A DNA stretch of 64,000 nt from a virus (IMGVR_UViG_2531839534_000003), one strand, 5' to 3'; counted from the stretch's first letter, positions 34,724 through 45,852 are shown. Translations and numbers: made by a program. The notes: generated from the letters alone by a model not told the origin.

Positions 34724-37700
34724 ATGGAAGATCAGAATATATTGAGTCCAGAAGCTAGAAAACAATTCAGAAAAGAACGTGTTGAAAAGGCTAGAACAAG
34801 GTCCATTTTAGATGTTGCTGAAGCTTTAAAAATGGAACTAGTTAAATCTGGAAATGATTATCGTTGGAAAGAACATAATAGTCTAGTGATTACACCAAAT
34901 AAAAATGTTTGGAAATGGTTTTCTCGTGACCAAGGTGGGGATGCTATTGCATTGGTTGAAATGATAAAAGAGGTCAATTTCAATCAGGCTGTAGACTTTT
35001 TAAATGATGGAACTTTTCAGGAATTTATTGGTAATAATGAAATAATCGAAAACTTTAGTTACTATTTAAAGCCTTATGAACAAGAGTTTCTTGAAGGAAG
35101 AGATTATCTAAAGAATCAACGTAACTTATCAGATGAAACGATATCTTTCTTTCATGATCAGGGAGTTTTAGCACAAGCAAATGCTAAGTTGAATAATAGT
35201 ATTGAACCGGTTATTGTCTTTAAGACCTTATCTTCTTCAGGCGAGGTGGTCGGAGCAACACTTCAGGGAATCAATGAGAATAGAGAAAAATGGCCAGAAC
35301 GTGGCTATGCAAAGTCTATTATTCGTAATTCTGAAGCTTATAATGGAATGCACGTTGATATTGGTAAACCGAATCGATTAGTCTTTACAGAAAGCCCTAT
35401 CGATTTAATGTCTTATTATGAAGTACATCAGAATGAGCTAAATGATGTGCGATTAGTTTCAATGAATGGTTTAAAAGAGTCGACTGTAGGACGTCATTTA
35501 TCAGAATTAGAAGCAGAACTCTCTAATAGACCTTTAAATTGGTCAACTGAAGAACTTGGAAAAGGTTTAGATATTGCTTTAGAGAAAGGTTATTTTAACA
35601 ATATTCAAAACGAAGGGAAAATTACCTTTGCGATTGATAATGATGGAGCAGGTATTGAATTCTTAAATAAGATGAAAGCTAAAGGGATTATCTTTATAGA
35701 GGATTTACCTCCCCTGCAACCAGGACAAAGTAAAACGGATTGGAATGATTATTTAAGAACAAGTAGACAAAAAAAAGCACCTGAAATTCAGGCACAAAAA
35801 AAAGAGAGGACCAATGGTAGTTCGGGGTCTTTACAGGACAATCCTGAAGGCAGTCCCACACCTGCTTCACAAAGTGAAACCTTTGAACGCTCTGTTACCA
35901 GTCGTCCTACACTATCCTCTCATTTACTTCATTTTAGCATAAGAGAGGACTTCAAGTCAAGTGGACGTGGTTCTTATAGGTATATTTCTCCAGCTGATTT
36001 AGATAAATTAAATAGACGGAGTGCGATTATTCAAGAAGGAGCTAATTTCTATTTGAAAGAACTGGCAAATTCAACTATAAGTTATATAACTTCTGAAGGG
36101 AAAATTGTTCAAGTACAATTCAAAGAAGAAAATTTTATGCATTTAACAGGGATAAAACCGTTAGGACATAATCAAACTGCGGAAAAAACATTACATGACT
36201 TTGCGAAAGGTAATGGTAATTTTGATAATATTATGCTTTCTCGAGGAGATGGTGCGTTTTCAAAACTTAATGTTTTACCTGATTTGCCAGTAACCCTTAG
36301 TTTAGATGCTTTCTATTTTGATAATCTTAATGACATTAATCGTTATTCAGGACGGTTTGATAGCTTAATCAAGTCCGATGATAAAGATATTATGTTACTC
36401 TTTAGGGCTACTGAAAAAGATGGAATACTTCCAGTTTCTGTATGGGAAGCTAGAGAGATACATATAAATGAGCTTAATCAAGCTAAAAAAAATGAAATCA
36501 TTGCTATTTATCGAGAACGTGAGGGACGATTAGAACAAATTGCAATTAATGACTATTTCATACAAGACCAAGGAAAAGAACTACAAACAATCTTAGCTGA
36601 AAAACAATTTAACAATATTAATGCAACTGATAAAACAGAAAGCTTTACAGCTATCAATGATTATCATGTAAAAGTTAGTCAAGCTCAAAAACTTGGAGTA
36701 AGACAATTTGAGAGTGGAGAAAGCATTTCATATCAAGAATTTGTTTCAAGTTTATATAAAATAAATCAAGAAAATGATAATGAGCATTTAAGGATAAGTT
36801 TCAATATTTATGATCCTGATGGTCAACTGATTAAAGACAACGTTAATTATATTGTCGGCGAGGAGACAGAACCAGTTTCCAGACTATTAGGACTTGGTTT
36901 CGCTCGTCTAAAAGGACAACCAGAGCTTGCTGAAATTGATGAAAAAGTCTTATCACAACTAGAGGAATTAAAAGTCAATGAAGAACTGTCACTTGAAGCA
37001 AATGAATTATCAAAGAGGCAGTTAATTGCTGAAGAAGATAATTCAACTAGTGACATTAATCATTCATATAAGACAGCTAAACAGTCAGTTAAGGAGAGTC
37101 TAGCTCAAAAAGTAGAACAGATTGTAGAAAGGGAGAGTCAATCACAAGCTATTGAAGAATCACCTTTTGACTATAATACTGCTAGTGCTTACGATTTATC
37201 AGAAAAAGCACTTCAAAATATTAGAGATTTTACAGAGTCCCCTGAAAAACTGGAAGAATATCTAAATTTCATGAGTCAGTTTCCTAAACTATCACCTCGA
37301 AATGTCGCACTTGTTCAGGCTCAATGGCCTGGCGCAAATGCTGTGGCAACTTTTAATCAATGGAAGGAAATTGGAGATCAATTAGGTATCACATCAGATG
37401 ATGTGACTATTTCAAAAAACACTTATACCAATAAAAAAACGGGTAAGACTAAAGAAGTTATCAATGATAGTCTGTCAGTTGCTGCTGGAGAAAAATCAAG
37501 AATTCGGTTATTTAGACCCCAAATGGTAAAAATGATTCCAGTCCTTGATAATGACGGAAATCAGTTGATAAATAGTAAAGGAAATCCAAAATTTAAACCA
37601 CTTTCTGAGGCTACATCTGAAGAAAAAGAAAAAATCACCAATGGGGAGTTGCAGGTTAGACAATTTCAAGATAGAGATCTTAAAACTGGCCAAGGCAAGT

Positions 37701-38326
37701 TTACAACTTATAAAGTATTTGAACTCTCTCAAACTAATTTGAAACATGAAAGTTATCCTAAAGCAATGCCTAATAGACAATTTGACTTTAATATAGATAA
37801 GATAAAAGCTAAGAAAGTTTTTGACGGGCTCAGTCACTATGCTAAACAATTAGGAGTTCCTATGGAATTAGACCACACAAACTCTTTAGGAAATGCAAAA
37901 GGTGCCTTTTCTCCAGCTGAACAACGTATTTTATTAAATTCTAAAAATACTCCTGGAGAACAAATTGCAACTGCTATTCATGAATTAGCTCACGCCTCCT
38001 TACATAATCCAAAGTTTATTAAGGGGAGTCAGTTGTTGCTAACTTCTACTAAAGAATTTGAAGCCGAAATGTCTAGTTACCTAGTATCAAAACATTTTGG
38101 TTTAGATACATCAAAGGAAGCTATTTCTTATATGGCTAATTGGACTAATAACCTCAAAAAATTGGATGACAAAGAACTTCAAAATGCAATGAAACGAGTT
38201 CATAAAACTGTTTCAACAATAGTAACTAGTGTTGAAAAGAAAGCTTTACCAATAAAGTCTCCTAACTTGAAACAGAAAAAATCCGTAAATTTTTCTCAGC
38301 CTCTGAAGAGAGGTATTAAACTATAA
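34724..38326 (+). CDS. Polyvalent protein: DnaG-like/DUF3991/Toprim + PBECR4-like + ArdC-N + MPTase
   Basis: FTESPIDLMSY, FAIDNDGAG, DWNDYL (Toprim); EENFMHLTGI (PBECR4); SPRNVALVQAQWP..FNQWKE..VFELSQT (ArdC-N); HELAH (HExxH). Confidence 0.8.
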   Translation: MEDQNILSPEARKQFRKERVEKARTRSILDVAEALKMELVKSGNDYRWKEHNSLVITPNKNVWKWFSRDQGGDAIALVEMIKEVNFNQAVDFLNDGTFQEFIGNNEIIENFSYYLKPYEQEFLEGRDYLKNQRNLSDETISFFHDQGVLAQANAKLNNSIEPVIVFKTLSSSGEVVGATLQGINENREKWPERGYAKSIIRNSEAYNGMHVDIGKPNRLVFTESPIDLMSYYEVHQNELNDVRLVSMNGLKESTVGRHLSELEAELSNRPLNWSTEELGKGLDIALEKGYFNNIQNEGKITFAIDNDGAGIEFLNKMKAKGIIFIEDLPPLQPGQSKTDWNDYLRTSRQKKAPEIQAQKKERTNGSSGSLQDNPEGSPTPASQSETFERSVTSRPTLSSHLLHFSIREDFKSSGRGSYRYISPADLDKLNRRSAIIQEGANFYLKELANSTISYITSEGKIVQVQFKEENFMHLTGIKPLGHNQTAEKTLHDFAKGNGNFDNIMLSRGDGAFSKLNVLPDLPVTLSLDAFYFDNLNDINRYSGRFDSLIKSDDKDIMLLFRATEKDGILPVSVWEAREIHINELNQAKKNEIIAIYREREGRLEQIAINDYFIQDQGKELQTILAEKQFNNINATDKTESFTAINDYHVKVSQAQKLGVRQFESGESISYQEFVSSLYKINQENDNEHLRISFNIYDPDGQLIKDNVNYIVGEETEPVSRLLGLGFARLKGQPELAEIDEKVLSQLEELKVNEELSLEANELSKRQLIAEEDNSTSDINHSYKTAKQSVKESLAQKVEQIVERESQSQAIEESPFDYNTASAYDLSEKALQNIRDFTESPEKLEEYLNFMSQFPKLSPRNVALVQAQWPGANAVATFNQWKEIGDQLGITSDDVTISKNTYTNKKTGKTKEVINDSLSVAAGEKSRIRLFRPQMVKMIPVLDNDGNQLINSKGNPKFKPLSEATSEEKEKITNGELQVRQFQDRDLKTGQGKFTTYKVFELSQTNLKHESYPKAMPNRQFDFNIDKIKAKKVFDGLSHYAKQLGVPMELDHTNSLGNAKGAFSPAEQRILLNSKNTPGEQIATAIHELAHASLHNPKFIKGSQLLLTSTKEFEAEMSSYLVSKHFGLDTSKEAISYMANWTNNLKKLDDKELQNAMKRVHKTVSTIVTSVEKKALPIKSPNLKQKKSVNFSQPLKRGIKL

Positions 38327-38356
38327 CGAAAAGGTCCATTCATTTATGAATGGGCC

Positions 38357-38395
38357 TTTCCCTTTAATGCAGTGATTAAATTTATTGATTAGACT
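38357..38395 (+). promoter_or_regulatory. Transfer-regulon promoter, copy 3 (follows terminator 38330-38359)
   Basis: TTT CCCTTTAATGC-N12-TAT-N4-TAGACT. Confidence 0.78.
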
Positions 38396-38423
38396 ACTAA
38401 CAATAGTAAATAAGGAGAATATT

Positions 38424-40178
38424 ATGTTAACAGTTATTTTAGCAGAAAAAGATCAACAAGCTCAAGACTACGCTGAAGCTCTTGGTCAGTACGTGTGTAA
38501 GGATAAAGTCTTTATTGTTGAGCAAACAGATTATTTCGAAGGTCCAGTTCATATTGTAGCTTCTGAAGGTCATTTATTTGAGTATGAAGCTCCTCAGGAT
38601 AATTGGAGTCTAGATAGTTTGCCACTTTTAGATGTATCTTTTAAACAACATCTGAAAGAAGATAAAAAATCAAAAGAATATTTCAATCGTATTTATAAGG
38701 AAGTTATTAAGTGTGATCGTATCGTTATTGGTACTGATTCAGATCGTGAAGGAGAACGTATTGCTTATTCCATACTTTCGCATATTCCTAACGCAAAAAA
38801 TAAAATAACAAATCGCTTATGGGTATCGTCTCTCAGCAAGAAAGGTTTAGAACAAGCTTTTAAAAACTTAAGGGATCCTCAAGAAACCTATGATTACTAC
38901 TTAGAAGCTGAAGCACGTGCTCAAAGTGATTGGCTTGTAGGAATGAATCTATCACCCTATACAACATTAGAATTACAAAGACAAGGCAAATTACCAAGAA
39001 AAAAAGGTAATACGTTATCAGTAGGTCGTGTTCAAACGAGTATTGTACGTCTGATTTGTGAAAATGATGTTGCAATTAATAATTTTGAATCCACACTATT
39101 TTATAAAATCAAATTGGAAGATCAAAATACAAATATTATTTTTTCAAACACTGAAAAGATTGAAAGTAGTGAAGAAGCCTTAACGATATCAAGAGAATTC
39201 CAGAGAATATCACTGGTTTCTAAAGTTGAAAAAACAATCAAACAAACACCATCTCCAAAATTATTTAATTTGGCTCAAATACAGTCATTTGCTTCTAGTC
39301 GATGGAAGTTCTCAGCTGAAAAAACTTTGAATCTAATTGAGGCTTTATATTTAAAAAAATACATTACCTATCCCAGAACGGATTGTAATCATATAACAGA
39401 ACACGAGTTTAACTATTTGAAGGATAACCTGGCCCGTTATCAACATACTATTAATTGTCACTTTTCTCCTTACTACTTAGAGCCTAGAGAAAATTATGTT
39501 GATGGAGAAATAGTAGCTAAATTAAGCCACTATGCTTTAGTACCTACAGAAAACATTCCAAATCTCTTAAGTTTATCCTCAGATGAACGCCTTATCTATG
39601 AAGCAATTACCAGGAGAACACTTCTTATGTTTGCGGAAGATTGCAGTTACCATTTAACAACTGTTTCAGTTGCCAATAACGGTTTAGTTTTTAAAACCAC
39701 TGGTAGACAAATGATTACTAAAGGATGGACTGAATTATCAAATCAACCACTAAAAAAAGATGTTATCTTACCAGATTATAAAGTTGATGACGAAATAGTG
39801 AGTAGAGTAACTATTGAAGAAGGACAAACACAAGCTCCTAAACGCATAACTGAAGATCAGCTTATTGGAACGATTTTACCAAAATATGGACTTGGAACAT
39901 CGGCTACTAGAGCAGAAATGTTAAACACAATTCAAAAGAAAGAATATGTGGTTAAAGATACAAAAACGTCACAATTTACGCCAACAAATAAAGCTTACTT
40001 ATTAATTGATTTCTTATATGATAATGAATTTTCAAATCCTGAAACGACAGCGGGTTGGGAGTTGTTCCTCAGCCAAATTGGAGAAGGGAAAATTAATCCA
40101 AGAGAGTTTGTTGATGCCATCAAGGAGAAGATTCAATCCCAAATGAATTTAAAAAAGAATGGAGAAATAAGTGACTAA
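38424..40178 (+). CDS. topB: Type IA DNA topoisomerase (TopB-like)
   Basis: VILAEK, TDSDREGE, SVGRVQT, ITYPRTD, LGTSATR; AAGGAG favours ATG 38424. Confidence 0.9.
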   Translation: MLTVILAEKDQQAQDYAEALGQYVCKDKVFIVEQTDYFEGPVHIVASEGHLFEYEAPQDNWSLDSLPLLDVSFKQHLKEDKKSKEYFNRIYKEVIKCDRIVIGTDSDREGERIAYSILSHIPNAKNKITNRLWVSSLSKKGLEQAFKNLRDPQETYDYYLEAEARAQSDWLVGMNLSPYTTLELQRQGKLPRKKGNTLSVGRVQTSIVRLICENDVAINNFESTLFYKIKLEDQNTNIIFSNTEKIESSEEALTISREFQRISLVSKVEKTIKQTPSPKLFNLAQIQSFASSRWKFSAEKTLNLIEALYLKKYITYPRTDCNHITEHEFNYLKDNLARYQHTINCHFSPYYLEPRENYVDGEIVAKLSHYALVPTENIPNLLSLSSDERLIYEAITRRTLLMFAEDCSYHLTTVSVANNGLVFKTTGRQMITKGWTELSNQPLKKDVILPDYKVDDEIVSRVTIEEGQTQAPKRITEDQLIGTILPKYGLGTSATRAEMLNTIQKKEYVVKDTKTSQFTPTNKAYLLIDFLYDNEFSNPETTAGWELFLSQIGEGKINPREFVDAIKEKIQSQMNLKKNGEISD

Positions 40179-42015
40179 AGAAAATAGCAATACCCCGATG
40201 TTAGATCGCTATACGGATAATCTTTCTGCTGATGTTTCTTTAAGACCAGAAGACTTTCATGTATATGGTAGAGATAAAGAAATACAAATGGTTATTCGGT
40301 CTTTGAAACGTAGATCTAAGAATAATCCAGTTTTAGTCGGTGAGCCTGGAGTAGGTAAGACGGCAATAGTTGAAGGGATAGCTTTAGCAATCATACGTGA
40401 TGAAGTACCTGCCCATCTAAAAGGTATGACAGTTAGATCTCTTGAATTATCTAGTTTAATGAATAATGAAGAGGGTGGTAATTTCATTACTAAGTTTAAG
40501 GGAATCATCGAGGAGATGGTTGCTACTAGTGATGAGAATCTCTTATTTATAGATGAGTTTCACACCATTATGGGTGCTGGTAAAGATGGACAATCATTAG
40601 ATGCAGGAAATATTATTAAGTCGGTTTTAGCTCGAGGCAAACTAAAAATTATTGGAGCAACAACTTTAGATGAATACCATGAATTTATCGAGGAGGATAG
40701 GGCTCTTGAACGTCGAACACAACCGATTATGATTAATGAGCCAAGTGCTAAAGAAGCCTTTCAAATCATTTCACAAGCTAAGTCTGTCTATGAAACGTTT
40801 CATCAGGTGACTATTTCTGATATCGCTGTTGAGCAAGCTATTCAACTTTCAGTACGATATGTTCCTGATCGATTCTTGCCAGATAAAGCATTTGATCTAT
40901 TAGATGAAGCAGCAGCTTATTGTTCAAGTGAAGGTAAAAAGATTGTTACTGAAGTAGAAATTGCTGAAATACTGAAGTTAAAAACCGGCATTCCTATTTC
41001 AACTATTTTAAAAGATGATAGCTTTCGTTTATCTGAACTAAGAAGTCGTTTGAAAGAAAAAATTAAAGGACAAGACCAAGCAATTGATGCTGTTGTTGAT
41101 GCAATAGCCATTTCAAAAGCAGGTTTACAGGATGAAGATAAGCCAATTAGTTCATTCCTCTTTCTTGGGCCAACAGGTGTAGGAAAGACCGAATTGGCTA
41201 ACACCCTTGCGACAGCTTTGTTTGATGATCCTGAAGCTTTACTTCGATTTGATATGTCTGAGTATTCACAAAAAGAAGATGTCAGTCGTATGATTGGGGA
41301 TCGAAAATCGAAATCTAAAGGGGCTTTAACCGAAGGTGTAAAGAGAAAACCTTATTCTATTCTCTTAATCGATGAAATCGAAAAAGGGGTTCAAGAGGTT
41401 CACGATCTTCTACTTCAAGTTTTGGATGCAGGTCACCTCACAGATGCTACTGGGAGAAAGATTAGCTTTAAAAATGTCATTGTCATTATGACTACAAATA
41501 TAGGCGCCCAAAAGATAATCAATAAAGCTGAAATGAGAGGAAATATTAAAGACCTGACAGATAGAGATAGACAACAATTTGAAGCTAGTATGGATATAGA
41601 ACTTCAAACAGAATTTAGACCCGAATTTCTAAATAGAATTGAAAATCAGGTTGTCTTTAATCTTTTAGATAGAGAAACAATCGGAGAAATAGCAGTAAGT
41701 AAGTTAGCAGAGTTTGAAAGCAAGTTAAATCAACAAGATATTGAACTCAGCTATGATCCTGAAGTGATTGACTATTTGATTGCTAACGGAACTAATGTCA
41801 AAAAGGGTGCAAGGCCATTGACACGTTTAATTAAGAAGAAAATTATCGCACCAATATCCTTTAAATTACTGACATTAAAACTAAATCATGAACCTCAGTT
41901 ATTAAAAATTTCAGTTGAGGGGAATGCACCTGATGAAAATCATCGCATCGATAGGAGAAAATTACTTTTTCAGTTAGAAGAAAAAACTCATTTTAGAAGT
42001 GAGCTTACCCCTTAA
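40171..42015 (+). CDS. Clp/Hsp100 AAA+ ATPase with two NBDs, no N-domain
   Basis: GEPGVGKT, FIDEFH, GPTGVGKT, RFDMSEY, RPEFLNR, GARPL. Confidence 0.92.
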   Translation: MTKENSNTPMLDRYTDNLSADVSLRPEDFHVYGRDKEIQMVIRSLKRRSKNNPVLVGEPGVGKTAIVEGIALAIIRDEVPAHLKGMTVRSLELSSLMNNEEGGNFITKFKGIIEEMVATSDENLLFIDEFHTIMGAGKDGQSLDAGNIIKSVLARGKLKIIGATTLDEYHEFIEEDRALERRTQPIMINEPSAKEAFQIISQAKSVYETFHQVTISDIAVEQAIQLSVRYVPDRFLPDKAFDLLDEAAAYCSSEGKKIVTEVEIAEILKLKTGIPISTILKDDSFRLSELRSRLKEKIKGQDQAIDAVVDAIAISKAGLQDEDKPISSFLFLGPTGVGKTELANTLATALFDDPEALLRFDMSEYSQKEDVSRMIGDRKSKSKGALTEGVKRKPYSILLIDEIEKGVQEVHDLLLQVLDAGHLTDATGRKISFKNVIVIMTTNIGAQKIINKAEMRGNIKDLTDRDRQQFEASMDIELQTEFRPEFLNRIENQVVFNLLDRETIGEIAVSKLAEFESKLNQQDIELSYDPEVIDYLIANGTNVKKGARPLTRLIKKKIIAPISFKLLTLKLNHEPQLLKISVEGNAPDENHRIDRRKLLFQLEEKTHFRSELTP

Positions 42016-42043
42016 AGCTTATTTGTGTGTTATCTCTTACACT
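42005..42043 (+). promoter_or_regulatory. Transfer-regulon promoter, copy 4
   Basis: TTA CCCCTTAAAGC-N12-TAT-N4-TACACT. Confidence 0.72.
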
Positions 42044-42075
42044 TAAATAGTCAGATCAGTTCAAAGGAGGACAAA

Positions 42076-42426
42076 ATGAAAAAATATTTGGCAAAACAAT
42101 TATTATTTGTGAGGAGTAAATCAAAACACTTTTTACTATCTCTTTCTCTATTTTTAGCAACGTTACAAACCCATGCGGTTTTCGCGGATGATCCATTTGC
42201 TAAAACAGAAAACTTAGCTAATCAAGGTATTTCAAAAGTACAAGGAATTGGAATTGTTTGTTTTGGATTTGCTGCTGTAGTTACGGGGCTTGTCTATGGT
42301 TTTGGAGGACGTGAATTAAAAGCAAAAATTAAATCTCATTGGCTAGCAATTGCTATAGCGATATTTGCTGTTTCAGCAGGACCAAGTATTGTTGAATGGT
42401 TTTTCAATTTTGTTAAAGGAGGATAA
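42076..42426 (+). CDS. VirB2/TrbC-like pilin-type membrane protein
   Basis: AAGGAGG before ATG 42076; leader ending AVFA/DDPF then two TM helices. Confidence 0.65.
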   Translation: MKKYLAKQLLFVRSKSKHFLLSLSLFLATLQTHAVFADDPFAKTENLANQGISKVQGIGIVCFGFAAVVTGLVYGFGGRELKAKIKSHWLAIAIAIFAVSAGPSIVEWFFNFVKGG

Positions 42427-42438
42427 AGATAAGACACT

Positions 42439-43533
42439 ATGATTTTATTAAAGAAAAATCCAAGGTGTCTCATTACAGATGAACTATTTTTAGAAGTTGA
42501 ATGGCAAGATGATATATCACCTATGAATGATCCATCATTATTTGAACTTATAGAAACAATTGATGATCATTTATTAAGAGAAAGTCATCAAACCATTGAG
42601 GCTACTCTTCCCTATTTATCTTTTTATCAAGCTGATTTGTTATTTTCAGCTCTCTCACAATCATACGGCTATTTTACATTTAAGAAAGTTAGCTTGTGTC
42701 ATTTGGATAATAAAGGTAAAGGAGCAAGTTCAGAGGGGGAACTCTTTGCTTCTCCATATGTTGTTCCGGCAAATTATACTAATTTGTTAGAACCATTTTT
42801 TATAGCTATTACATTAGACAAACAGTTTAGCGATTTTTCTTATAACGAAAAAAGAGAATATTTTGTTGTAACGGTATTTCCGACTTATAAACGAAGCCTA
42901 AAGTTATCAGAAAGTGCTATGCCAGTCTTTCCAAGTGAAAGTGACTTAGCCAAAATAGCACACGAAGCAAAGGATTACAATCAGACATCATCTGTAAAGA
43001 CACCAAATAATACTAAAGCTGATTCAAGAAAATCTAATCAAAATTCATTGAAAATATGGTTAATTTTAGTGCTTATATCAAGTTTAGCGATTGTATCATT
43101 CTTTTTAAGTTTTTCTCTAATGGGTAGAACAAATGAAGCTAACAAAAAAGTTACTTACCTTAATGGAGAAATCCAAGTGTTAAAAGATAGCCAAAAAATA
43201 GAACATCAGATAGATGTTTTCAGCCGTTATTTTATTCCGGTTTATTTTTCGGGTGATAAGCAACGCTTGTTAAATTTTCTTGATGATGGAGATGCTAAGT
43301 ACACAGAGCCCAAGAAAGAAGTTGTTCAATCAGTTATTTTAGAAAAAGTTTCAAAAAACAAAAGTAAAACTTTTAATGTTGTATATGTTTTATCCCTTAA
43401 AAACAAAGATGATACATATAGACAAATAAGAATATCATTTAATGTTAAAAAGTCAAAGGTAAAACCATATGGTTTTGTTCTAATTAGTGAGCCAGAAATA
43501 ACAGATTATTTTAAAGATCTCAATAATAAATAA
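42439..43533 (+). CDS. Conjugation protein with C-terminal VirB8/TcpC-like domain
   Basis: Single TM near residue 205-225; DVFSRYFIP..FNVVYVL..GFVLISEP NTF2-like pattern. Confidence 0.55.
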   Translation: MILLKKNPRCLITDELFLEVEWQDDISPMNDPSLFELIETIDDHLLRESHQTIEATLPYLSFYQADLLFSALSQSYGYFTFKKVSLCHLDNKGKGASSEGELFASPYVVPANYTNLLEPFFIAITLDKQFSDFSYNEKREYFVVTVFPTYKRSLKLSESAMPVFPSESDLAKIAHEAKDYNQTSSVKTPNNTKADSRKSNQNSLKIWLILVLISSLAIVSFFLSFSLMGRTNEANKKVTYLNGEIQVLKDSQKIEHQIDVFSRYFIPVYFSGDKQRLLNFLDDGDAKYTEPKKEVVQSVILEKVSKNKSKTFNVVYVLSLKNKDDTYRQIRISFNVKKSKVKPYGFVLISEPEITDYFKDLNNK

Positions 43534-43574
43534 ATGTGATATCCCAAAATATCGCAACAAGGAGAATAAATTAA

Positions 43575-45836
43575 ATGGATCAAGCAAAAATTATTATAGG
43601 TTTAGCAGTCGCTACTCTATCAACAGGTGCCGGAATTGTACACGCTGAAGACGTAACACCACCAACACCAGTTAGAGAAGCATCAACTACAAATGAAAAA
43701 GTCACTGCTCCTCAGGTAACACAAGAACAAGTAGACAGCGCAAAAGCCAATGTTGATCAAGCAACAAGTAATGTTAATGCACAACAAAATGTAGTTAATG
43801 ATGCTCAAAGTCAAACCAACCAATCACAAAATAATGTAGTTAGTGCAACAACAGCAGTAACAGATGCTACTGCAACTGCTCAACAAGCAACTCCTGAAGT
43901 AATAACAAAAGCTCAAGCAAGTGTAGCGGAAGCTAATACAGCAGTGAAGATTGCTGAAACAAACCTAACAACTGCTCAAACAGAAGCTACACAAGCTAAT
44001 ACAGCAGTTTCTAAGCAAACACAGGTTGTTGCTGAAAATCAAACGAATGTAGCTCAAGCTCAAACAGATGCTAACAAAGCTCAAGAAGCAGTTGATACTG
44101 CTAAACAAGCAATTGATTCTACTCAAGCCAATACTAATTTAGCTGATGCGGAAAAGGTAGTAGTTGAGAAAACTACTAATGTAGCAACTGCTGAAACAAA
44201 TCTTACAGACGCAAAACAAGCTGATGCAAAATTGACTGAAGAAACAACACAAGCTCAATCAACAGTCACTCAAAAAGAATTAGCTGTTAAAGATACTCAA
44301 GCCTTGTTAAATCAAGTGGCAAGTGAAATGATTAAGGAACAAGTGACAACTAGTCTTCAAAATCAAGCTTATTACAATCAACGTGATGGAGTTTGGGCAG
44401 GCTACTATGGTAGTAACAGTTTTGCTGCAACAGGCTGTGTCCCTACTTCATTAGCCATGGTCTTTACTGAATTAGCTCGAAGAGGGGTAACACCGACCGA
44501 GGTCGCAAACTATCTTTATAACAATACTAATTATTTTAACAAGTATTTTTCTGGTACTAGTGCCAACGGAATTGTTTCTGCTTCCCAACATTTTGGCTTT
44601 GTTCCAACTCACCTTGGAAGTCAATCAGCTATCGTTGAAGCCTTACAAGCAGGACATTATGTTGTAGGTGCTGTACAAAATAATAAGTTTTCACCTTGGG
44701 GGCCTGGTTATAGCCACGAGATTGTTTTGAGAGGTTACTCTAATGGTAATGCTTATATCTATGATCCTTATAATCGAGCAAACATTGGCTGGTATCCAGT
44801 TGCTAGTCTTTGGTCAGAAAGAAGTGGAGATAAAGACGATAATGCTTTAGGTGTTCCGTTCTTTAAAATTACTACTCAAAAAATGGCTCAACTTGAAGCA
44901 CAACAGGCTCAGTTAACATCTGCTGTAAATACTACAAAAACACAATTGGCAAAGGCAAAACAAGCGTTAAATAACTTACAAGCAACACCTCTTAAAACTC
45001 CTGATGCACAGGCAAAACTTAATCAAGCAAAAGTGGAGTTAGCACTTGCACAAGATAACTATGTTAAAGCACAAGAAGCTGTTAAGTTAGCGAGCCAAGA
45101 ATTAGCTGTTAAAGAAGCTAACCTAAAAAATGCTCAAGCTGAGCTATTAGCTAAGCAAAATATTTTGAATGAAGCACAAGCAACCCTTGCAGAAAGTCAA
45201 TTAGTATTAGCTGAATTTGAAGCAGCTTTGGCTAATGCGCAGAATAAGGTGAAAAAAGCTCAAGATAGCTTAACATCTGCTCAAACGATTCTTGGACAAA
45301 AACAAGCTGACTTACAAGCATTGCAAAATGCACCAAAAGTCCTAGCAGAGGCTCAAGCGAAATTGCTTAGTGCGAAAGCTGATTTGGTAAATAAAAAGGC
45401 TATCTTAGACAAGGAAGTCGCAAAATTAAAAGAATTACAAGCTGTTCAAGCTGAAGCACAAAATCAATATAGTATTGTTTTTGAAGCATACAAAGTAGTA
45501 TTAGAAGCTAAAAAACAAGCTGAATTAACAGAAATCTATAATCATATTATTGCAGGTGGCGGTGAAGCAATACCAGTTGTGGATGAAACAGGTAAAATAA
45601 CTGGTTACGTAGACGGTAGTCAAAAAGCTGGTGGTAATGAAGTGACTCTTGCTTTAACTAGTAACGGTCAAGCACCCCTCGAAAGTCCAGTTAATAAAGA
45701 AAACCATGCTCTAACAAAAACATCTCAAGTTCTACCACATACTGGTGAAGCAGGAGTATCCCTCTTATCAGTATTAGGTGCAGGTCTTATCTCAACACTT
45801 GGGCTGATTAGTTTGAAAAAACGTCGCACACATTAA
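43575..45836 (+). CDS. LPxTG surface protein: coiled-coil stalk with inserted C39-like peptidase (PrgA-like architecture)
   Basis: Signal peptide; Ala/Gln heptads either side of YYNQRD..GCVPTSLAM..HEIVL..YDP; LPHTG plus TM plus basic tail. Confidence 0.85.
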   Translation: MDQAKIIIGLAVATLSTGAGIVHAEDVTPPTPVREASTTNEKVTAPQVTQEQVDSAKANVDQATSNVNAQQNVVNDAQSQTNQSQNNVVSATTAVTDATATAQQATPEVITKAQASVAEANTAVKIAETNLTTAQTEATQANTAVSKQTQVVAENQTNVAQAQTDANKAQEAVDTAKQAIDSTQANTNLADAEKVVVEKTTNVATAETNLTDAKQADAKLTEETTQAQSTVTQKELAVKDTQALLNQVASEMIKEQVTTSLQNQAYYNQRDGVWAGYYGSNSFAATGCVPTSLAMVFTELARRGVTPTEVANYLYNNTNYFNKYFSGTSANGIVSASQHFGFVPTHLGSQSAIVEALQAGHYVVGAVQNNKFSPWGPGYSHEIVLRGYSNGNAYIYDPYNRANIGWYPVASLWSERSGDKDDNALGVPFFKITTQKMAQLEAQQAQLTSAVNTTKTQLAKAKQALNNLQATPLKTPDAQAKLNQAKVELALAQDNYVKAQEAVKLASQELAVKEANLKNAQAELLAKQNILNEAQATLAESQLVLAEFEAALANAQNKVKKAQDSLTSAQTILGQKQADLQALQNAPKVLAEAQAKLLSAKADLVNKKAILDKEVAKLKELQAVQAEAQNQYSIVFEAYKVVLEAKKQAELTEIYNHIIAGGGEAIPVVDETGKITGYVDGSQKAGGNEVTLALTSNGQAPLESPVNKENHALTKTSQVLPHTGEAGVSLLSVLGAGLISTLGLISLKKRRTH

Positions 45837-45852
45837 TTAGTGAAAGGAATTT

